A stretch of DNA of 64,000 nt from Amoebidium appalachense (lineage: Eukaryota > Protista > Ichthyosporea): NCBI GenBank assembly GCA_963693365.1, contig CAVNZM010000002.1, positions 11,588,328 to 11,652,327 of the forward strand, read 5' to 3'. Numbering within the stretch: position 1 is the first letter of the stretch; the number at the start of each line of letters is the position of its first letter. Shown here one piece after another: positions 63,978-64,000 of the stretch. A program made the translations under genes and the position numbers. Below the pieces are notes generated by a model. That model was not told the origin of the DNA. It made no database searches and saw nothing but the letters and a program-made list of their open reading frames with translations.

Positions 63978-64000
63978 GATAGAAGAGAGAGAGAGAGAGA

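Overview
Eukaryotic, intron-rich window saturated with microsatellites ((GT/CA)n, (GA/CT)n, poly-G/C). Most ORFs in the supplied track are repeat artefacts. A unicellular holozoan, possibly an ichthyosporean, is my inference from the animal-type tyrosine kinase, R3HCC1-like gene, animal-like tRNA-Val and bacterial-type chitobiase. Genes built by hand from splice sites: an R3HCC1-like RNA-binding gene (+, 383-13504) with an intronic tRNA-Val(TAC); two intronless secreted V8/PRSS23-like serine proteases (-); a 5-exon secreted Serratia-type GH20 chitobiase with Cys-rich C-terminal repeats (-); a degenerate tyrosine-kinase C-lobe (-); a 10-exon TRM13 tRNA methyltransferase (-); and a divergent unknown membrane-protein gene (+). 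A ~9 kb tandem duplication (junction ~22081) copied the protease whole and left orphan pieces of R3HCC1 and the chitobiase. Comparing the two copies reveals a 908-bp TIR element inserted in a (TATG)n tract and probable gene conversion of the protease 5' half. The last 7 kb holds an unexplained array of ~6 decayed units spaced 1.0-1.5 kb apart with a conserved CCCACAATCAC core. Homopolymer runs make local sequence quality doubtful.
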